From a virus (taxonomy: Duplodnaviria > Heunggongvirae > Uroviricota > Caudoviricetes), in IMG/VR virus record IMGVR_UViG_2639762982_000016, positions 1-29,804 of that record: DNA of 29,804 nt; one strand, written 5' to 3'. Below the pieces are notes generated by a model. The model was not told the DNA's origin and did no database searches. It saw only the letters and a program-made list of their open reading frames with translations. The first letter of the stretch is position 1, and each line of letters starts with the position of its first letter. The position numbers were made by a program, and so were the translations under genes. Below, piece by piece: positions 26,132-29,804 of the stretch.

Positions 26132-27009
26132 GCAATGATATCGCAATCACATCACAACCAGGCGCAACTGTAGGCACTGCAGCGGCAATCTTCAGCCCCG
26201 AGGGCATGAATCAACTGGTGCGTTTCGCGGAGTTGATGTCACAAAGCAAAGCGACTGTACCGAAACATCTTGAAGGCAAACCTGCCGATTGCCTGGCGGT
26301 GACCATGCAGGCGGCACAGTGGGGAATGAACCCGTTCGCCGTGGCGCAGAAAACGCATGTGGTAAACGGAACGTTAGGCTACGAAGCACAGTTGGTAAAC
26401 GCGGTCGTATCCTCTTCCAGCCTGCTGGCGACACGCCTGAATTATCGCTGGAGCGGTGACTGGTCGAATGTTAACGGCAAAACAGATAAATCACCGAATC
26501 TGACGGTAACTGTGTCAGCAGTTCTTAAAGGAGAAGCAGAACCACGTGAGCTTACCATCAGTATGGCGCAAGCCGGAGTGCGTAACTCTCCATTGTGGGA
26601 ACAGGATCCGCGCCAGCAGCTTGCCTATCTTTGCACGAAACGATGGGCTCGCCTGCACGCTCCTGATGTACTTCTCGGTGTTTACACACCAGACGAATTA
26701 CAGGAAACGGCACCGCGCGTTGAGCGAGACATTACTCCGCAAACGACCACTGCTGCGGGAATGAACAGTCTGATCAACGCTAAAACAGTGAAAAAGCCTG
26801 ATGAGCAAACGCGTAAAGCGGATAGCCGTGATCCAGAAGAAATGCTGATGGCCTTTACCAGCGCAGCGATGAATTACAGCACTGTCTCCGAACTAGATAA
26901 GGCTTACAAATACATTGCACAAAAACTTTCAGATGATGACGAACTGCTGGAAAAAGCCACCGACGTTTACAGCGTTCGCCGGGAAGAATTAAACGAAACA
27001 TCTATGTAA
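26128..27009 (+). CDS. Bet/Red-beta-like single-strand annealing protein, 293 aa
   Basis: Segments AQWGMNPF and PRVERDITPQTT resemble lambda Bet (QYGLNPW and PERDITPVND); translationally coupled to the exonuclease gene. Confidence 0.55.
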   Translation: MSNDIAITSQPGATVGTAAAIFSPEGMNQLVRFAELMSQSKATVPKHLEGKPADCLAVTMQAAQWGMNPFAVAQKTHVVNGTLGYEAQLVNAVVSSSSLLATRLNYRWSGDWSNVNGKTDKSPNLTVTVSAVLKGEAEPRELTISMAQAGVRNSPLWEQDPRQQLAYLCTKRWARLHAPDVLLGVYTPDELQETAPRVERDITPQTTTAAGMNSLINAKTVKKPDEQTRKADSRDPEEMLMAFTSAAMNYSTVSELDKAYKYIAQKLSDDDELLEKATDVYSVRREELNETSM

Positions 27010-27058
27010 CCACCACCGCGGCGCCACGCGCGCCGCACTGCAACCAAGAGAGGTATTT

Positions 27059-27307
27059 ATGAAAGGTGCATTAGGTAAGAAGGAACTCCTGGCGGTGGTG
27101 CCACTGTCATGGAGCACTATCGACCGTATGGAGCGCGCAGGTGAATTTCCTAAACGCTGGTATATCACTGACAAACGCTGCGCATGGAACCGTGACGAAG
27201 TTGAGCGTTGGCTTGATGAACGTCAGGCAGCAAGCCCGGCAGAGTTCCAGGGTAAAAAGCCTCCGGTTCAGCAACGTGTATATCGTCCTGTGAGCAACGC
27301 TGCATGA
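27059..27307 (+). CDS. AlpA/Xis-like small DNA-binding protein (excisionase candidate), 82 aa
   Basis: Pattern LLAVVPLSWSTIDRMERAGEFPKRWYITDKRCAWNRDEVERWLDE resembles the AlpA/excisionase family. Confidence 0.5.
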   Translation: MKGALGKKELLAVVPLSWSTIDRMERAGEFPKRWYITDKRCAWNRDEVERWLDERQAASPAEFQGKKPPVQQRVYRPVSNAA

Positions 27308-27416
27308 GTGTGCTGCTAAGGCACTGGAGCAAATGGTCAGGATGGTACTTATTCCTGGCCTCTGTTTCAGCATGGCTTTATCTGCTGGCATTAATTTTCA
27401 GAGAGGGTTGGATTAA

Positions 27417-27716
27417 GTGAGAAAGTTAAGCCGACTTGAAAAATATCACATGAACAAAGTTTCAATGCGCAGCCATTCAAAGGTTGTTGCCGTTACTCCT
27501 GCGGCGATAGAGATCGAAAAACGCGCGATTGAAAGAGAGAAAAAAGGGCAGTTCCGCATTGCCGCCCACCTTTGGCTTCAGTGTATGGATGTTGCTTCTG
27601 GTGATGTTGAGCGTGCAAGGATCGCGGTTCGCAGGGACCAATGTATCACAAAAGGTAACGGCCTTCGCCGTGGCGACTATAGCGGCATAGGATGTTGTGG
27701 GGTGGTTTATGACTAA
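27417..27716 (+). CDS. Hypothetical protein (99 aa)
   Basis: ORF track; start uncertain. Confidence 0.4.
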   Translation: MRKLSRLEKYHMNKVSMRSHSKVVAVTPAAIEIEKRAIEREKKGQFRIAAHLWLQCMDVASGDVERARIAVRRDQCITKGNGLRRGDYSGIGCCGVVYD

Positions 27717-28359
27717 GAAATACACACTAATCTATGCAGATCCACCTTGGGTATACCGGGACAAAGCCGCAGATGGTAATCGCGGTGCCGGTTTTAAATA
27801 TCCGGTTATGAGTGTGCTGGATATCTGCCGCCTTCCTGTGTGGGATTTGGCCGATGAAAACTGTCTGTTGGCCATGTGGTGGGTGCCAACACAACCACTC
27901 GAAGCACTAAAAGTTGTTGAAGCCTGGGGATTCCGTCTGATGACCATGAAGGGCTTCACGTGGATAAAATGTGGTAGTCGACAACCAGATAAACTGGTTA
28001 TGGGTATGGGACACATGACTCGCGCCAATAGTGAAGATTGCCTGTTTGCAGTAAAGGGAAAACTACCTACGCGCATTAATGCAGGGATCGTTCAGTCATT
28101 TACCGCACCGCGGCTTGAGCATTCAAGAAAACCAGATATTGTTCGTGAAAAACTTGTGCAATTGTTAGGCGATGTTTCTCGCATTGAACTGTTCGCCCGC
28201 CAGACGTCTCATGGCTTCGATGTTTGGGGTAATCAGTGCGAAGACCCGGCAGTGCAACTACACCCTGGATACGCGTTGGATATTGCCGGATTAACAAATG
28301 CATTCAGCAATGCTCCGCTGTCACCAACAGACAACCAGGGGCGGGAGCGTGCAGCATGA
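27709..28359 (+). CDS. MT-A70 family N6-adenine DNA methyltransferase (about 217 aa)
   Basis: Catalytic motif YADPPW near the N-terminus. The ORF track start at 27697 is a GTG; ATG at 27709 is preferred. Confidence 0.7.
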   Translation: MTKKYTLIYADPPWVYRDKAADGNRGAGFKYPVMSVLDICRLPVWDLADENCLLAMWWVPTQPLEALKVVEAWGFRLMTMKGFTWIKCGSRQPDKLVMGMGHMTRANSEDCLFAVKGKLPTRINAGIVQSFTAPRLEHSRKPDIVREKLVQLLGDVSRIELFARQTSHGFDVWGNQCEDPAVQLHPGYALDIAGLTNAFSNAPLSPTDNQGRERAA

Positions 28360-28550
28360 ACAGGGCATCACCAGCAGATTTAAGGAAATGCCTTGAAACT
28401 GCAAACATGCTTGCACACAGCGGGATCAGGTTTGTTCCAATTCCCGCTGTCACTGATGCTGAATTTGCAACGCTGTCAGCAATATTCGCAGACAAAATTG
28501 AATCACTGGCAGCAGAAGCCGAGATGGAAGAAAATCAGCAGAACTATTAA
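28356..28550 (+). CDS. Hypothetical small acidic protein (64 aa)
   Basis: ATG at 28356 preceded by GGAG and overlapping the methylase stop (ATGA); the longer ORF-track reading overlaps the methylase gene and is rejected. Confidence 0.45.
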   Translation: MNRASPADLRKCLETANMLAHSGIRFVPIPAVTDAEFATLSAIFADKIESLAAEAEMEENQQNY

Positions 28551-28553
28551 ACG

Positions 28554-29804
28554 TTATTCTCCCGCCATCCACTTCTCAAACTTCGACGGGGAGAACGGAA
28601 TCAGATCCGTATGCTCCCCGTCAATCCAGGAATCAATCATATCGGCCCACTGCTGCAACATGTAGGCGCGCTGTCTGGCGTATTCCGCTTTGTTATATAC
28701 GGCGCGCACACCTTTCTGCTCATGTGCCAGAGCCTTTTCAATCCAATCTGAAGGATAACCAGCCTCATGCAACAACGTACTTGCTGTACGGCGCATATCG
28801 TGTACGGTGAAGTCCTGAATATGCTCACCATCTTCATTTATTATTTTCACCGTTCTGTCGATCAGAGAGTTCAGCGCGGCATTAGATAATGGCTTCCGGA
28901 AGTTGTAACGACCAGGAACCAGATATTCACTTCCACCAGCGCACATCTGCAACCCGACCAATATATCCTGTGCCTGTTTAGGCAGGTAAATAACATGCGC
29001 CCGGCTTCCCTTCATGCGGTCTGAAGGAATTGTCCATGTCCATTTTTTAAAATCTATTTCGTCCCACGTTGCATTGGTGAATTCGCCTTTACGAACCATA
29101 GTGATAAGCACCAGCTTTAAAGCCATTTTCATAGTGCCCATAGCACCAATGGCATCCAGCGTGCGGAAGAACAGGCCAATTTCTTCTGGCGTCAGTGTTC
29201 GCTCTCGTGGTTTAAATATGGCGATAGACGAAGGTTTAATGTCAGCCGCAGGATTAAACAAACCATGACCACGGTCATTGGCGTGACGGTATACGCTGCT
29301 GATGATCTCCCTGGCCTGCACTGCTGTTGCCCGACCACCGCGTTCGACAATCCGGTCACACAAATCACGAACCATCGATGTGGTAATTTCAGTCATCATT
29401 TTGTTGCCAAGAACCGGAAGTATGTCACGGTCGATCACCGCCTGCTTCATTGCGCGGGTACTGTCAGCCAGGATGACATGTTTCATATAACTGTCGGTAT
29501 GTACCGCAAACGTCTCGGCACCACGAATCTTTTTGATACCGTCACGTTTAGCCGCAGCCGGTGACTGGCCTGCTTTAAGCAGCTTCTTTGCAGCAATCAG
29601 TTCTTCTCGCGCTTCTGCCAGGCTGATACCGTCACGCCCATACTGCCCGATTACCAGTGTTTCGCGGCGACCGTTGATACGGTAGTCATAGCGAAACGAG
29701 ACCGTGCCTGACGTAAGCACAGCTACATACAGCCCGTCACGATCGGAGACCTTGTACAGTTTGTCCTGCGGCTTGAGGTTTTTTAATTTTGTATCGGTAA
29801 GCAC
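28554..29804 (-). CDS. Tyrosine integrase (P4-like, with an arm-binding N-terminal domain), at least 416 aa; 5' end at or just beyond the window edge
   Basis: N-terminal LTDTKLKNLKP...LYVAV pattern and a C-terminal catalytic-type region (R...HDMRRT...Y); the ORF reaches the window edge. Confidence 0.85.
   Translation of the reverse strand: MLTDTKLKNLKPQDKLYKVSDRDGLYVAVLTSGTVSFRYDYRINGRRETLVIGQYGRDGISLAEAREELIAAKKLLKAGQSPAAAKRDGIKKIRGAETFAVHTDSYMKHVILADSTRAMKQAVIDRDILPVLGNKMMTEITTSMVRDLCDRIVERGGRATAVQAREIISSVYRHANDRGHGLFNPAADIKPSSIAIFKPRERTLTPEEIGLFFRTLDAIGAMGTMKMALKLVLITMVRKGEFTNATWDEIDFKKWTWTIPSDRMKGSRAHVIYLPKQAQDILVGLQMCAGGSEYLVPGRYNFRKPLSNAALNSLIDRTVKIINEDGEHIQDFTVHDMRRTASTLLHEAGYPSDWIEKALAHEQKGVRAVYNKAEYARQRAYMLQQWADMIDSWIDGEHTDLIPFSPSKFEKWMAGE

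Noticed and set aside
28236-28355. Long form (104 aa) of the last early-left ORF
   Set aside because: It overlaps the methyltransferase gene in another frame; the internal ATG at 28356 has an RBS and a coupled ATGA overlap.
1-29804. CRISPR arrays or rRNA genes
   Set aside because: No regularly spaced direct repeats of 25-40 bp and no rRNA-like regions were seen.

Overview
This window is a temperate prophage of enterobacterial type, apparently a podovirus with a lambdoid control region, interrupted at its left edge by an IS2 copy. All calls rest on reading the supplied ORF translations and the DNA by eye; no database search was run, so family assignments are recollection-based and coordinates of short motifs are approximate to a few bases. 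Left to right: (1) 1-193 is the terminal 193 bp of IS2, running off the window, and it supplies the last codons and stop of the adjacent phage gene. (2) 178-15086 (minus strand) is a virion morphogenesis operon in T7-like order: portal, scaffold-like, major capsid, small head proteins, a 202-aa and an 817-aa tail tubular A/B-like pair, then five internal virion/ejection-like proteins. (3) 15376-16429 (plus strand) is an oppositely oriented cassette with a tRNA-Arg(UCU) and a small Gp49-like gene, bracketed by terminators. (4) 16472-21698 (minus) holds terminase large and small subunits, five uncharacterised small genes, an HNH endonuclease and a small gene with an in-frame stop. (5) 21816-24705 is a lambda-like replication and immunity region: P-like and O-like genes, a Cro-like gene divergent from a tandem-HTH repressor, with operator clusters. 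(6) 24859-28550 (plus) is an early-left operon with a RecE-like exonuclease, Bet-like annealase, Xis-like protein and MT-A70 methyltransferase. (7) 28554-29804 (minus) is a tyrosine integrase running off the right edge. No tail spike, holin or endolysin was recognised. The most notable unexplained signals are a 15-bp palindrome TTACC-N5-GGTAA found five times perfectly (plus three imperfect copies), only in intergenic control regions, and a 14-bp palindrome CGTGACATGTCACA present twice flanking the terminase genes.
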